Source: Candidatus Avidesulfovibrio excrementigallinarum | Lineage (GTDB): Bacteria; Desulfobacterota; Desulfovibrionia; Desulfovibrionales; Desulfovibrionaceae | Direction of reading: 5' to 3' | NCBI GenBank assembly: GCA_018715085.1 | Contig: DVMI01000071.1 | Span: 971-64,970 of the forward strand | DNA length: 64,000 nt | Part shown: piece after piece, positions 18,524 through 29,971 of the stretch | How positions within the stretch are numbered: position 1 is the stretch's first letter | Layout of the letters: every line of letters begins with the position of its first letter | Notes under the pieces: generated by a model | The model's input: only the letters and a program-made list of their open reading frames with translations | What the model was told of the DNA's origin: nothing | The model's database searches: none | Translations under genes and position numbers: made by a program

Positions 18524-20131
18524 TCAGGCTTCCTGGGACGGCGGCATCACGCCACGGGCAATCTTTCTGGCCCGGTAGGCAACGTGTTCCAAAGCGCTCA
18601 GCACCTCAATGAAAACCAGACCGGTCTCGGCGTCGCAGGTGCCCGCGTTGAGCCGTTCCATATGCTTGTCACGCAGGCGGCCTTCTTCCTGGCGGATGGC
18701 TTCGGCTTCGCGTTCAACTTCTTCATCCAGTTCGTAAGTGCCCTGGTCCAGAATCTGGATGGCCTTTGCCGTGCAGCTCTTGACGCGCGCGTACAACGCC
18801 TGCAGCTCCTTCATTGCTTCCGGCGAAAAGTCGCGGCTGCGGTGCTGGCGGTAGTCGTAAAACTCCAGCATGCGGATGCCTGTGTCGCCGATGCGTTCCA
18901 TATCTCCCGAGCAGACCAGCAGTGCATGCAGCTGGTTGCTTGCGCCTTCAGGAATGCGCGCCTTGAAGATGTCGTCAGCGTAAGCCAGGATGGCCTTGTG
19001 CATGTCGTCCATGCGGTTTTCCAGCGACTGGATAACCTCGCGCCGGCTGAGATCGCCGTGGAAGAACAGGCTTTCTACAGCGTCAAGCTGACGGCGCATG
19101 ACACCACCCATGTGCACGCACTGGTTGCGGACCGCATCCACCGCCATGACCGGGGTCACGCTGATGAGCTTGGGATCGAGGTACTGGAGATCTTCCACCA
19201 CGTCGAGCTCGCGATCGGGAATGATCCGCCGGATCAGTGCGGCGAAGGGATGGACAAAGGGCAGGAACAACAGCGTATTGCAGATGTTGAACAACGAGTG
19301 GGCATTGGCTATCTGATGGCCGACGGTGGAGGCCGTAGACTGGATGAACCCGAGATAGAGCGGCATCAGTGGCAGGAAGATGCTCACGCCAATCACGTTG
19401 AACAGCACATGCGCTGCGCAGGCCTGCTTGGCCGCGCGGCTGGTGCCGATGGAGGCCAGAACGGCTGTGATGGTGGTGCCGATGTTGTCCCCCAGAACAA
19501 TGGGGATGGCTGCCTCAAGGGGAAGGAGCCCCTGCATGCCCAGCGCGATGGTCAGGCCCACGGTGGCCGAGCTGGACTGCACCAGCAGGGTGAGCACCAT
19601 CCCTGCGAGCACGCCCAGCAGGGGTTCGTCGGCCAGGGCCAGGAACAGTTCCTTCTGGTCGCGCAGAACGCTGGTTGCGTCCTCCATCGTCTGCATCCCT
19701 ACAAACAGCAGGCCAAAGCCTATCAGTACCGAACCAAAATTTTTCCAGCTCGGCTTTTTGCTGAGGAACATGAACAGCACGCCGACAAGGATGAAAATAT
19801 ATACATAATCCTTGATGTTGATGGCGAGGATCTGACCGGTCACCGTGGTGCCGATGTTGGCACCCATGATGACCCCGATGGCCTGTGTCAGCGTCATGAA
19901 GCCCGCTTCCACAAAGCTGACGGTCATAACGGTGGTTGCCGAGCTGCTCTGGATGAGCACTGTGGCCAGCGTGCCCACAAGAACGCCCAGCACCGGCGTG
20001 CGCGTCAGCATGGCAATGAGCCGGCGCAGCCGGTCCCCTGCCATCAGCTGAAGAGAATCACTGATAAGTCGGATGGCATACAAAAAGATGCCCACGCCCC
20101 CCAGCAGCTGTATAATCCTCACAATCGACAT
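18524..20131 (-). CDS. Na+/phosphate cotransporter family protein (NptA-like) with a PhoU-like C-terminal domain
   Basis: MSIVRIIQLLGGVGIFLYAIRLISDSLQ...IQSSSATTVM...GANIGTTVT, repeated in the second half (VQSSSATVGL...GDNIGTTIT). The C-terminal domain is helical and PhoU-like. Confidence 0.9.
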   Translation of the reverse strand: MSIVRIIQLLGGVGIFLYAIRLISDSLQLMAGDRLRRLIAMLTRTPVLGVLVGTLATVLIQSSSATTVMTVSFVEAGFMTLTQAIGVIMGANIGTTVTGQILAINIKDYVYIFILVGVLFMFLSKKPSWKNFGSVLIGFGLLFVGMQTMEDATSVLRDQKELFLALADEPLLGVLAGMVLTLLVQSSSATVGLTIALGMQGLLPLEAAIPIVLGDNIGTTITAVLASIGTSRAAKQACAAHVLFNVIGVSIFLPLMPLYLGFIQSTASTVGHQIANAHSLFNICNTLLFLPFVHPFAALIRRIIPDRELDVVEDLQYLDPKLISVTPVMAVDAVRNQCVHMGGVMRRQLDAVESLFFHGDLSRREVIQSLENRMDDMHKAILAYADDIFKARIPEGASNQLHALLVCSGDMERIGDTGIRMLEFYDYRQHRSRDFSPEAMKELQALYARVKSCTAKAIQILDQGTYELDEEVEREAEAIRQEEGRLRDKHMERLNAGTCDAETGLVFIEVLSALEHVAYRARKIARGVMPPSQEA

Positions 20132-20480
20132 GGATTCTCCTACGGGAAATCGTTGCGCCGCACGTCGCCCGCTGTCAGGGGACTTCGGACATGAAACAGG
20201 GGCACTGATGCAGAAAGTGCCACCGCATGCCCCTACCGGCTGTTTCTTTTTGGTTTTTTTACAAGTACAGCCATTTTCTTTGAAAGCTATTCCGGTAGAT
20301 AGCCTCTATTGCGCCTGTAATCAAGCAAAAAATCATTTTCACACGGACCCTTTCCGGCCTGTTCGCCGGCGCAGCGTGCGGAACCTGACTGGATTGTCAC
20401 ACAAGTTTGTGCTAACGGAATGGCTCACCCGGAACCACGCTTTGTTTCGGAATCCGCACGTTTCCCTGAAAGGACAAACC

Positions 20481-21884
20481 ATGGATAAAGTCATTACCCG
20501 ATTTGCCCCGAGCCCCACGGGACATCTCCATATCGGCGGCGCGCGCACCGCGCTTTTCAGCTGGCTGCTGGCCAGGCACTACGGCGGCGAATTCCGCCTG
20601 CGCATTGAAGACACCGATCTTGAGCGCTCCAAGCAGGAGTACACCGATTCCATCCTGGCCTCCATGCGCTGGCTCGGTCTGGACTGGGACGGCGAGCTGG
20701 CCTACCAGACCCAGCGTACCGAATTGTATAACGCGGCGGTTGATCGCCTGCTGGAAACCGGCAAGGCCTACTGGTGTTCCTGCACACCGGATGAGGTTGA
20801 GGCCATGCGCGAGGCGGCGCGCGCCCGGGGCGACAAGCCCCGTTACGACGGCCGCTGCCGTGACCGGCACCTTGGCCCTGCGCCCGGTTCGGTGGTCCGC
20901 CTCAACGTTGCGGCGGTCATGCCTGAGGGCGGACGCATCGTGTTCGATGATATGGTCAAGGGGCATATTGCCGTCGACGTCGACGAGCTGGACGACATGA
21001 TCCTGCGCCGTTCCGACGGGATGCCCACATACAACATGGCCGTGGTGGTGGACGACCACGACATGGGCGTTACGCACGTCATTCGCGGCGACGATCATGT
21101 GTCCAACACACCCAAGCAGATTCTTCTTTACAAGGCCCTGGGCTGGGATCTGCCCGTGTTTGGCCATGTCCCGATGATTCTTGGCCCCGATCGCCAAAAG
21201 CTGTCCAAACGGCACGGCGCCCGCGCCGTGGTCGAATACCAGAATGACGGCCTGCTCCCTGCCGCACTGGTCAATTGCCTGGTCCGCCTGGGCTGGTCGC
21301 ACGGCGATCAGGAATTGTTCAGCATGGACGAGCTGATCCGCTATTTTGACGGCACCAATCTCAACAGTTCCGCCGCGGCCTTTGACTTTGAAAAGCTCAA
21401 CTGGTTCAACGCGCATTACCTCCATGAAACGCCGGTGGACGAGCTGGCCCGCCTTGTGGAACCCTTTGTTGCCCGCAAGGGACTGACCGCCAGCGCCGAA
21501 ACGCTTGCTCCCATGGTGGCCCTTTACCGCGAGCGTGCCAACACGCTGCTGGATCTGGCCGACGACATGGCCCGGCTGATCTGTCCTACCGAGGCCATTG
21601 TGTATGACGAAAAGGCGGTCGCCAAGGCGCTGACCGAGGAAGGCCGGGCTCAGCTGCGCGCCCTGCACGGCGTGTTTGCCGCGCTGCCGGCCTTTGACCC
21701 TGCCACCCTTGATACGGCGCTTAACAACTATGTGTCTGGCAACGGTCTTAAGTTCAAGCAGGTGGGCCCCCCACTGCGCGTGGCCCTGCTGGGCAATCAG
21801 AGTGGCCCGCATCTGCCTGATCTGATGGCCGTCATGGGACGCGAACGCGTGCTTGCCCGCCTTGAGCAGGCCGGACGGGCTTAA
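20481..21884 (+). CDS. gltX: Glutamate--tRNA ligase
   Basis: [26 protein letters not shown] (HIGH motif) and KLSKRHG (KMSKS motif). Confidence 0.95.
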   Translation: MDKVITRFAPSPTGHLHIGGARTALFSWLLARHYGGEFRLRIEDTDLERSKQEYTDSILASMRWLGLDWDGELAYQTQRTELYNAAVDRLLETGKAYWCSCTPDEVEAMREAARARGDKPRYDGRCRDRHLGPAPGSVVRLNVAAVMPEGGRIVFDDMVKGHIAVDVDELDDMILRRSDGMPTYNMAVVVDDHDMGVTHVIRGDDHVSNTPKQILLYKALGWDLPVFGHVPMILGPDRQKLSKRHGARAVVEYQNDGLLPAALVNCLVRLGWSHGDQELFSMDELIRYFDGTNLNSSAAAFDFEKLNWFNAHYLHETPVDELARLVEPFVARKGLTASAETLAPMVALYRERANTLLDLADDMARLICPTEAIVYDEKAVAKALTEEGRAQLRALHGVFAALPAFDPATLDTALNNYVSGNGLKFKQVGPPLRVALLGNQSGPHLPDLMAVMGRERVLARLEQAGRA

Positions 21885-21985
21885 GTGAAGCCGCCCGAAG
21901 CGGCCCGCCGCTTCGGGCTTTCTGTTTTTATCGGGATACCCAGAGTATCCGCTTGGCAGCCAACATTTTTTATGGAGAATCCCCC

Positions 21986-23725
21986 ATGCGCTGGAGCCAG
22001 TGCTATATTCCCACTCTCAAAGAAGCCCCGGGCGATGCGGAAGTCATCAGCCACAAACTGCTGCTGCGTGCCGGCATGCTCAGAAAACTTACTGCCGGCA
22101 TCTATACCTGGCTGCCGCTTGGGCTGCGCACGCTGAACAAAACCGCCAACATCATCCGTGAGGAAATGAACCGTGCCGGCGCGCAGGAAATCCTCATGCC
22201 GTCGGTACAGCCCGGCGACCTGTGGCGCGAATCAGGCCGTTGGAGCAAATACGGCAAGGAACTGCTCCGCTTCCGTGATCGTCACGACAGGGATTACTGC
22301 CTCGGCCCCACCCACGAAGAAGTGATCACCGATCTGCTGCGCGGCGAAGTGCGTTCATACCGCCAGCTGCCCATGAATCTTTACCAGATTCAGACCAAAT
22401 TCCGTGACGAAATCCGGCCCCGTTTCGGCCTCATGCGCGGCCGTGAATTTTTGATGAAGGACGCCTATTCCTTTGACCGGGACGATGCCGGGGCGGACGA
22501 AAGCTACCGCAAGATGTTTGAGGCCTATAAGCGTATTTTTTCGCGCATGAAGCTCAAATTCCGGCCTGTGGAAGCAGATTCCGGATCCATCGGCGGCAAC
22601 TTCTCGCACGAATTCATGGTGCTTGCCGAAACCGGCGAAGACACTATTGCCTACTGCAACCACTGCGACTGGGCTTCCAACGTGGAACGCGCGGCCGTGC
22701 GCCTGCCCGCTGCCGCCGTGCCGGCAGACTGCCCCGCCATGGAAGACGTGCACACGCCGGACAAGCACACCATTGAAGAAGTTTGCGCCTTCCTTGGTGT
22801 GTCGCCCACACGGCTTATCAAAACGCTGCTTTTTGCCGCTGACGGCAAGCCGGTGGCCGTGTTGCTGCGCGGCGACCGCGAACTGAACGAAGTCAAGCTG
22901 AAAAACCTTCTTGACGCTGACGAAATCGTGTTTGCCACGCCGGAGCAGGTGCAGGCCTGGACAGGCGCGGCCACAGGGTTTGCCGGCCCGGTGGGGCTGC
23001 TTGCGCGCTGCCCGGGGTTGCGCCTGCTGGCCGACAACGAACTGCGGGGCACCACGGACATGATTGCCGGAGCTAACAAGGACGACACGCATGTGCTGCA
23101 TGTCCGGCTTGATCGTGACTTGGCGGAAGCGCCGGAATGGGCGGATTTGCGCCAGATTACCGCCGACGATCCCTGCCCGCACTGCGGCGGGAGCATCGGC
23201 CTTGCCAAGGGCATTGAAGTCGGCCACGTCTTCAAGCTGGGCACCAAGTATTCTGAAGCCATGCACGCCGTGTTCCTCGATGAGCAGGGGCAGGAGCAGG
23301 TCATGATCATGGGCTGCTATGGCATCGGGGTTTCCCGCGTGGTGGCCGCCTGCATCGAACAGTGCAATGACGCCGACGGCATCGTGTTCCCCCCGGCGCT
23401 GGCACCCTATCAGGCAATGGTGGTCAACCTCGATCCCAAAAAGCAAGAGGCTTCGGCCAAGGCTGATGAACTCTGTGATATCCTTGAAAAAGAAGGCCTT
23501 GATGTACTGCTTGACGATCGTGAAGAGCGCCCTGGAGTCAAGTTCAAGGATGCGGATTTGCTGGGGCTGCCCTTCCAGCTGGTGATCGGCGGCAAGGGGC
23601 TGGCCAGGGGCATTGTGGAAGCCAAGGATCGCCGCACCGGCGTCAAAACCGAGCTGCCTCTCGAAGGCTTTACGGAGGCTTTCCGCGCGTGGCGGCAGGA
23701 AGTGCTGCACGGCTGGGGCTACTAG
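21986..23725 (+). CDS. proS: Proline--tRNA ligase (bacterial type with editing insertion)
   Basis: [31 protein letters not shown]...[25 protein letters not shown]...GCYGIGVSR. Confidence 0.97.
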   Translation: MRWSQCYIPTLKEAPGDAEVISHKLLLRAGMLRKLTAGIYTWLPLGLRTLNKTANIIREEMNRAGAQEILMPSVQPGDLWRESGRWSKYGKELLRFRDRHDRDYCLGPTHEEVITDLLRGEVRSYRQLPMNLYQIQTKFRDEIRPRFGLMRGREFLMKDAYSFDRDDAGADESYRKMFEAYKRIFSRMKLKFRPVEADSGSIGGNFSHEFMVLAETGEDTIAYCNHCDWASNVERAAVRLPAAAVPADCPAMEDVHTPDKHTIEEVCAFLGVSPTRLIKTLLFAADGKPVAVLLRGDRELNEVKLKNLLDADEIVFATPEQVQAWTGAATGFAGPVGLLARCPGLRLLADNELRGTTDMIAGANKDDTHVLHVRLDRDLAEAPEWADLRQITADDPCPHCGGSIGLAKGIEVGHVFKLGTKYSEAMHAVFLDEQGQEQVMIMGCYGIGVSRVVAACIEQCNDADGIVFPPALAPYQAMVVNLDPKKQEASAKADELCDILEKEGLDVLLDDREERPGVKFKDADLLGLPFQLVIGGKGLARGIVEAKDRRTGVKTELPLEGFTEAFRAWRQEVLHGWGY

Positions 23726-24098
23726 AGGTGCTGTGCGGCAGGGCGTTTTTGCCGCCGCACCCGTATGCCGGCGGACATGACGGCGCCGTGTCCGGCATAG
23801 GACCGCGCCGCACTGATCCGCACAGCGGAAAAGTCGTTTACTTCTGAAACAGGCGCGGGGCATCCCCGCGCCGCCCGAGGGCTCCTTTGCGGTTTTGCAA
23901 GGCAGTCCATGCTGGCATGGCAGCCGGAGCCAACACGTTGTGACTGCGGGTGCCGTCCCGGCGTCAGCCCTGACCGGCGTGCTCCTCCTGGTGGACACGG
24001 GGATCCGGGCGGGGAACATCCCTGCAAATAAGGATGCAGATACAGCGCCGGTTCAACAATGACGCGCTCCCTCCACTTCTGCCCCTCCCGTCAATAGT

Positions 24099-26699
24099 AT
24101 GCAGCGCCCCGCCACGCCGACAGTCCGCCCGCCTCTGCCCGATCCGTGCAATACGGTTCGGCCACGTCCGCTGCAGCCGCCATTGTTCAGGCAGTGTGTT
24201 CTGCTGGCCTTTGTGTGTGGGGCCGGAGCGTACCTTTGGACGCCCTGTCTGTTTGTTCCGGGCATCATGATTTGGCTTGACAGGCGTTGTGGCACGCCTC
24301 GGGCCGTTGTGCTGCTGTCGCTGGCCGTCACGTTTGGTTTTGCCTACGCCGCCGTGAACGATCGCAGCGATCCGCCGCCAACGCCGGAGTGGATGTACGA
24401 CCGCGAAGCCGTTTCTGTTTCCGCTGTGGTCAGCGACACGCGCGGCCTGCCTGGCCAGCGGATCCGTCTGATCCTCGACGAGCTTGTTGCCCGGGACAAG
24501 CCGCTGCCGGGCAAACTGGTCTGGACGTGGGACGCTCCGCCACAGCGTCTTGTGCCCGGCACCCGGGTTCATATTGTGTTACGAGTGCTGCCTGTCGGCG
24601 GTTTTCGCAATCACGGCGCCGGTGGAGACAGTGGCCTGTACTGGCGCAGACAGGGTGTCTTTTGGCGTGCCTGGAGCGCAGGCGCAGTCGAAGGCCTGAC
24701 TGTCGAACAGCCTGACAGTCAGGCTGCCTCGTGGCTGGAGCGGCTGCAACACAGCGCCGACGCTCTGCGCGAATCGTGGCTTGCCTCTTACGTCGCTGCG
24801 CTCAACCGCCTGTACCCCATTCCAGCAAAGCCGTTCCGCTACGGCGAAGCTCCGGCCGGCGCTCCGCACGGCTGGGGATATCTGCCGGCCCTGGTCTTTG
24901 GGGATCGCACCTGGCTTGGCCTTGATGACGTGGAGCGGCTGACCCGGGCAGGGCTTGTGCACAGCATCGCGCTGTCCGGGCAGCACCTGGCGGTTGTGGG
25001 CCTGCTTGCGGGCGTTGTTGTTCTGATCCTGCAGTGTGTGCGTCCGGGCGTTCTGTTGCGTATGGCGCGGCTTAAACTGGCGCTGCTGCTGTCTTTGCCG
25101 CCGGCGCTGGGATATCTCTGGCTGGGTGACGCGCCGCCTTCACTGCAGCGCGCCGCGCTCATGCTGGCGTTTTGGACGCTGTTCCGGCTGTTGAACCGCC
25201 CTACCGCGTTTCCAGACGCCCTGTTAGCCGCGCTGTGCTGCCTGACGCTGTCTGATCCCGCGCTGCTTGCCGACATCGGCGTCCAGCTGTCGTTTGGCTC
25301 TGTGGCCGGTATCGCGCTTATTGCGCCAACGCTCAGCGCGTTGTGGGAGAGGCCTTTTTCCCGCACCCGTCGGGGCGCCATGCAGTTTTGCCGCAACGCG
25401 GTTCTGGGCACGTTAGCCTGTTCGCTGGCCGTTCAGATTGCCACCCTGCCCCTTGTGCTTACGATTTTTGGCCGTGTGCCGGCACTGTTCCTGCTCAATC
25501 TGCCCTGGCTGCCAGTTCTGGGATTTTGGGTCCTGCCGCTGGCGCTGCTGGGGCTTGTTGCCGTTGTTGCAGGGGTGACGCCACTGGCTGACATCCTGTT
25601 GCGGCTTGCTGCAGAACCTTGTTTCATCTTGAGCGAGGTGCTGCGCTTTCTTGACGGACAGGGCTGGCTGCAAAGCCCATGGCTGCCCCGGCCTCATTGG
25701 ACATCGTGCCTGGGCTGGGTTCTGCTTGTGCTGGCTGCGGCCTTTGCCCTGCACAGGCCGCGCCCGCTCCCCCGCACGTTTTGGCGCATGGCGGTGGCAG
25801 GCGCACTGCTGCTGGTGTGCGGTCCGCTGATCTGGCTGGCAGGCTGTGCTTCTGACGATATCCGTCTGCGCCTGCTGGACGTTGGACAAGGGCAGGCCGT
25901 CCTGATTGAAGGGCCGGGACATCACCGGCTGATTGTTGACGGCGGGGGCGTTCGTTCTGCCCGCTTTGACACGGGGCGCGACATCCTGCGGCCGGTTCTG
26001 ACCGCCAACAGCCCCCTTTGCGCCGATCTTGTCGCGCTGTCGCACCCGGACCTTGACCATCTGAAGGGCCTGCTTTTTCTGGCCGATCACGCCTCGCTGC
26101 GCCAAGTGCTGCTGCCTGCCGTTGTCAGGGGGCACACGTCTGCCAGGCCGTTGTACCAGACGTTTCAAGACCGGCTCGGGGAGCGCCGGATTCCCGTTCG
26201 CCTGTTGGAACGCGGCGACAGGATTGACATCGCTCCGGGGTTCTGGATCGAGGTGCTCACGCCGGACAGGCGTGAACGTCAGCGCGCCAACGACGGGCTT
26301 ATTTTCCGCCTTGTACTGCACGGGCACGGCCTGGCAATCATCCCCGGCGATGCTGAAAAAGCCACGCTCAACCGCCTGGTCAGAAGCGGCCTTCCGTTGC
26401 AGGCCGACATCCTCATTGCGCCGCATCACGGCTCGCGCAGCAGCCTTTCCGCATCGTTCATCCGTGCCGTCAATCCCCGCGCCGTACTTGTCAGTTGCGG
26501 AGCGTTCAACCGCTGGGGATTTCCTTCCGGCGAGCTGCGTCAGCTTCTCGCCAGCCTCCGCATTCCTTTATATACGACCGCCGAATTCGGAGAGCTTGAC
26601 GTCCTTTGGGACGCCGCCCTTTCTGTGGATGCCCGGCAGGACGGCCTGTCCGCGCCAGGGCGTTCTTGTACCGTTATTCCTTATGCAACAAGCCATTGA
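24099..26699 (+). CDS. comEC: DNA internalization-related competence protein ComEC/Rec2 (with C-terminal metallo-beta-lactamase domain)
   Basis: Large polytopic central region (GLVHSIALSGQHLAVVG...) and an MBL domain (LDVGQGQAVLIE...LSHPDLDHLKG...APHHGS). The start is uncertain. Confidence 0.85.
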   Translation: MQRPATPTVRPPLPDPCNTVRPRPLQPPLFRQCVLLAFVCGAGAYLWTPCLFVPGIMIWLDRRCGTPRAVVLLSLAVTFGFAYAAVNDRSDPPPTPEWMYDREAVSVSAVVSDTRGLPGQRIRLILDELVARDKPLPGKLVWTWDAPPQRLVPGTRVHIVLRVLPVGGFRNHGAGGDSGLYWRRQGVFWRAWSAGAVEGLTVEQPDSQAASWLERLQHSADALRESWLASYVAALNRLYPIPAKPFRYGEAPAGAPHGWGYLPALVFGDRTWLGLDDVERLTRAGLVHSIALSGQHLAVVGLLAGVVVLILQCVRPGVLLRMARLKLALLLSLPPALGYLWLGDAPPSLQRAALMLAFWTLFRLLNRPTAFPDALLAALCCLTLSDPALLADIGVQLSFGSVAGIALIAPTLSALWERPFSRTRRGAMQFCRNAVLGTLACSLAVQIATLPLVLTIFGRVPALFLLNLPWLPVLGFWVLPLALLGLVAVVAGVTPLADILLRLAAEPCFILSEVLRFLDGQGWLQSPWLPRPHWTSCLGWVLLVLAAAFALHRPRPLPRTFWRMAVAGALLLVCGPLIWLAGCASDDIRLRLLDVGQGQAVLIEGPGHHRLIVDGGGVRSARFDTGRDILRPVLTANSPLCADLVALSHPDLDHLKGLLFLADHASLRQVLLPAVVRGHTSARPLYQTFQDRLGERRIPVRLLERGDRIDIAPGFWIEVLTPDRRERQRANDGLIFRLVLHGHGLAIIPGDAEKATLNRLVRSGLPLQADILIAPHHGSRSSLSASFIRAVNPRAVLVSCGAFNRWGFPSGELRQLLASLRIPLYTTAEFGELDVLWDAALSVDARQDGLSAPGRSCTVIPYATSH

Positions 26700-26720
26700 A
26701 TGGCGATGTGAGGTTTTTTC

Positions 26721-27485
26721 ATGGTCTTTGACAAAACGCCGGAACAGCAGCCCGAACAGCGTGCCGCGTCGTCCGCCGCCAGTCCCACCCCAAAAAGTCT
26801 GCGGACCAGGGCCCGTCTTGTCGAGGCAGCCAGCCGCCTGTTTGGCGTGCGCGGCTTTACGGGCGTCAGCACCCGGGCCATCGCCCGCGAGGCCGGCTGC
26901 AACATAGGGCTGATCGCATTTCACTTTGGCAGCAAGCAGAGCCTTTATCAGGCCGCGCGCGATGCCGTGCGCGAACGGCTGGCGGCCATTGTGCTGCCGG
27001 CAGCCGCGCATCTGCGCCAGGCGCTGGAGCGCAATGCGTCGCCTTCCGAACTGCTCCAGGCCGTGCAAACCGAAATCGGCGGGATCCTCGGGTCGCTTCT
27101 TATGAAGGATTATCAGCCCGAACGGTTTATGCTGCTGATGCGCGAACTGCAGGAAACCGACGAACAGGCGAACAGGCTGTATGCCACAGTGCTCATCCCC
27201 ATGATCAGCGCGCTTGAGGATGTGATCATGGTCATATCGGGCAACGCGTCGCGCAGGCGTGCGCATCTTGGCGCATTTTTGCTGGTTGACGCCATCATTG
27301 GCGTGCTGCGCGACTATCCCCTGTTTCACCCGCATATGCATTCCGATTCAGACGCGCAGACCGACGCCCGCATTCTTGCTGAAATTATCGGAACCGGTGT
27401 GGCGGCGGCGTTTGGCGAGCTCCAGCGCCGCAACAGCACGGCAGAAAACGGGCCGCCATCGCCGGAACTGCCGGTCGAAGCCTGA
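26721..27485 (+). CDS. TetR/AcrR-family transcriptional regulator
   Basis: N-terminal HTH RLVEAASRLFGVRGFTGVSTRAIAREAGCNIGLIAFHFGSKQSLY. Confidence 0.85.
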   Translation: MVFDKTPEQQPEQRAASSAASPTPKSLRTRARLVEAASRLFGVRGFTGVSTRAIAREAGCNIGLIAFHFGSKQSLYQAARDAVRERLAAIVLPAAAHLRQALERNASPSELLQAVQTEIGGILGSLLMKDYQPERFMLLMRELQETDEQANRLYATVLIPMISALEDVIMVISGNASRRRAHLGAFLLVDAIIGVLRDYPLFHPHMHSDSDAQTDARILAEIIGTGVAAAFGELQRRNSTAENGPPSPELPVEA

Positions 27486-27619
27486 CACGGCGGCAGACGT
27501 CCGTGCGGCCGGCCGCTGCGCGGCATTGCGGGAATGCGCGGCAGCCGGTGCCGTGTTTGCAGTATGGTTTTTACAGGCGCGCCAGAGCGTGTGTCGCGTC
27601 TGCGCAGGCCGGTTCAGCG

Positions 27620-28354
27620 CTACACGCTGATCCGCCGGAACCAGCATTCCGGCAGCAGCCGGACGACCCACATGATCACCCGCCACCAGCGCGGCGTATA
27701 CAGCACTGCCCGGCCGTGATCCACGGCGTTCATGATGTCGCCGGCCACGCGTTCCGGCGTTGCAATCAGCCAGCGCGGCAGCGTGCGGCCGGCGATCATC
27801 GGCGTATCCACAAGGCCGGGCTTGACCGTCAGCACCTGCACTCCCGACCGCCAGAGCCGCGCGTGCAATCCCGACAGCAGGGCTGTCAGTCCCGCCTTGG
27901 CGCTGCCATACAGATAATTGGCGCTGCGTCCGCGATCGCCCGCCACCGAGCTGATTCCGATGATCAGCCCTGCCCCGCGCCGCTCAAATTCGCTGGCTGC
28001 AAGCTCCAGCAGCCGTGCCGGCCCGTTGAAATTGACGCGCAAAAGGCGCTCGGCATATTCCGCATCGTCCCTGGCCGTCTGGGCATTGCCAAGCAGCCCC
28101 ACGGCGCACAGCACCGCCTCGGGACGGCGCGGCAGCGCCTGCCAGAAGGTCGCGTGACCGTCCATGTCAAGAACGTCAAGATGAACGCCAAAGGCCTCGC
28201 AGCCTGTTTTGCTGGCCAGTGCGCTTGCAAGCGCAGCCATGCGCTCCGCTCCCCGGCCGGCCAGAATGACCGTCCAGCCGCGTTGGGCAAAGCGCTCCGC
28301 CACCGCCATGCCGATCGCCGATCCGCCACCTAGTACAAGCAGTGTCGCCATCAT
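27620..28354 (-). CDS. Short-chain dehydrogenase/reductase (SDR) family oxidoreductase
   Basis: LVLGGGSAIGMAVA (Rossmann fold), catalytic YGSAKAG, hydrophobic C-terminal tail. ATG 28354 has AGGAG upstream. Confidence 0.85.
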   Translation of the reverse strand: MMATLLVLGGGSAIGMAVAERFAQRGWTVILAGRGAERMAALASALASKTGCEAFGVHLDVLDMDGHATFWQALPRRPEAVLCAVGLLGNAQTARDDAEYAERLLRVNFNGPARLLELAASEFERRGAGLIIGISSVAGDRGRSANYLYGSAKAGLTALLSGLHARLWRSGVQVLTVKPGLVDTPMIAGRTLPRWLIATPERVAGDIMNAVDHGRAVLYTPRWWRVIMWVVRLLPECWFRRISV

Positions 28355-28463
28355 GTCTCCTGTGGTCCGGTGCTGCCCTGGCGCTGCTTGCAGGTTTGGC
28401 CGCCGTTCTGCACAAGGTGGTGCGGGCCGGCCGCGACTGGGTTGCAAGCAGGAGATCCAGTAC

Positions 28464-28500
28464 AAAAAAAGCGCCGCGACCGGAACACGGCTGCGGCGCT
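28464..28500 (-). terminator. Rho-independent terminator downstream of tolB (minus strand)
   Basis: Minus strand reads agcgccgc-(15-nt loop)-gcggcgct followed by ttttttt (the plus-strand A-run at 28464-28470). Confidence 0.6.
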
Positions 28501-28608
28501 CTGGAAAAAGCAAAACAGGCTGCGCGGAAGGCTCTTGCCGTCAGCGCGCCGGCCCGGCGGCAGACGCCGGTGCCGGCAGTCCGCCCGGCCTGTGCGGCGA
28601 AAAACACG

Positions 28609-29943
28609 TCAGCGTTTTTCGCTTCCCTGAGGGATGATGCCCCAGCGGGGGAACGAGGCTTCGCCAGCGCCTGTGGGCACAAGCTTGGCTTCACCGCCGT
28701 GGCGGGTGATCAGATAAATCTGCTTCTGACCGCTGCGGTTGGACGTAAAGGCCAGGAAATAGCTGTCCGGAGCAAAAGCCGGCTGTTCGTCGCTGCCCGG
28801 ACCGAACGTCACCTGCCGCTCGATGTTGGTCACAAGATCCTGCACAAAAATGCGGTTGCCCTCGCTTGTCAGGCGCGAAAAGGCCACCAGAGTGCCGTCG
28901 GGGCTGATGGAAGGTTCGCTGTTGTAGCCGCCGTTGCGCGAAACGCGGGTTACGGTGCCGGTTTTGAGATCTTTAAGGAAAATCTGCGGCCCGCCAAGGC
29001 GGTTGGAGCAGAACGCCATTTTGGTCCCTGTAGCGTCAAACGACGGCGACACGTTGATAGCCGGGCTTTCTTCCAACCCGCGCTCTTTCTTGAACGACCG
29101 GTTGAGCAGGAAGATATCCGGATAATGACCTGTGGAAAGACTGACTGCAACGCGGTTGTCCGGCATGAATACCGGCCCGATGACCGTATTGCCGGGGAAC
29201 CGTACGCGCTGTGTGCGGTTTGTCAGGCGATCCCACACGCCCAGCGCGTGTGTGCGGTCGTCCATGTGCGAGAAGACCACAAAGCGTCCGTCAGGCGACC
29301 AGGAAGGCGACATGGAAATGCCGGGGATAGACGTGATCTGGCGCAGTTCCTTGCCTGTGGGCTTGACCAGCCAGATGTTGCGCTGGCGCGCGCTTTTGGC
29401 ATTTTTGGCAAAGGCGAGGGTCGAAAGGAAAAAGTCCCCGTGCCCGGTCAGGGCCTTCATGAGATCGGCGCAGAAGCGGTCGGCCACTTCTTCAACGCCT
29501 GCGGCGCGCACGCCGGAGTAGGCGTTGCCAAACACAAACTTGCCGGAATACGTCTCGTACAGGCGCAGTTCGACAGTCGAGTTTTCGCCGTCGCCCCGGG
29601 GCCAGCCCGCCGTAATCACAAGGTCCGCGCCGGCCAGCTGAAACCGCTTGAAGTCCACGTTGGGCGTCTGGTAGCCCGCCAGCACCGTCCCGCCAAGCAC
29701 GCCCTTGGGATCGGTCATCCGCATGAAGGGCAGAAAGCTCAGGTTCCGGCTGATGGCCTCGTGCAGGCGCTTGCCGTTGGCGTTGGCCTGCCGGTTGGGC
29801 CCGGTAAGCGGTGAGGCCATGGCCATGTTCACAATATTCTGGCCAGGACCATAAATGTCGATCTGCATGGCGGCCTGCAGTTGTCCGGCACTGGCCAGCA
29901 GCAGCGCACAAACCGCCAAAAGCGTCATCAAAATCCGTTTCAT
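28609..29943 (-). CDS. tolB: Tol-Pal system beta-propeller protein TolB
   Basis: Signal peptide MKRILMTLLAVCALLLASAGQLQA; repeated propeller motifs SPSWSPDGRFVVF, NVSPSFDATG, SEPSISPDGTLVAF, EQPAFAPDSYFLAF. Confidence 0.92.
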   Translation of the reverse strand: MKRILMTLLAVCALLLASAGQLQAAMQIDIYGPGQNIVNMAMASPLTGPNRQANANGKRLHEAISRNLSFLPFMRMTDPKGVLGGTVLAGYQTPNVDFKRFQLAGADLVITAGWPRGDGENSTVELRLYETYSGKFVFGNAYSGVRAAGVEEVADRFCADLMKALTGHGDFFLSTLAFAKNAKSARQRNIWLVKPTGKELRQITSIPGISMSPSWSPDGRFVVFSHMDDRTHALGVWDRLTNRTQRVRFPGNTVIGPVFMPDNRVAVSLSTGHYPDIFLLNRSFKKERGLEESPAINVSPSFDATGTKMAFCSNRLGGPQIFLKDLKTGTVTRVSRNGGYNSEPSISPDGTLVAFSRLTSEGNRIFVQDLVTNIERQVTFGPGSDEQPAFAPDSYFLAFTSNRSGQKQIYLITRHGGEAKLVPTGAGEASFPRWGIIPQGSEKR

Positions 29944-29971
29944 GAAACGATTCCTCCGGTAGGCTCGGGCG

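Noticed and set aside
18222-18578. 118-aa Cys-rich ORF (MFECSLCCFGAQ...) downstream of an AAAAGGAGA sequence.
   Set aside because: The RBS-to-start spacing is too long (13 nt). The ORF reads straight through a strong intrinsic terminator and overlaps the 3' end of the convergent Na/Pi cotransporter gene. Its composition looks like a GC-frame artefact.
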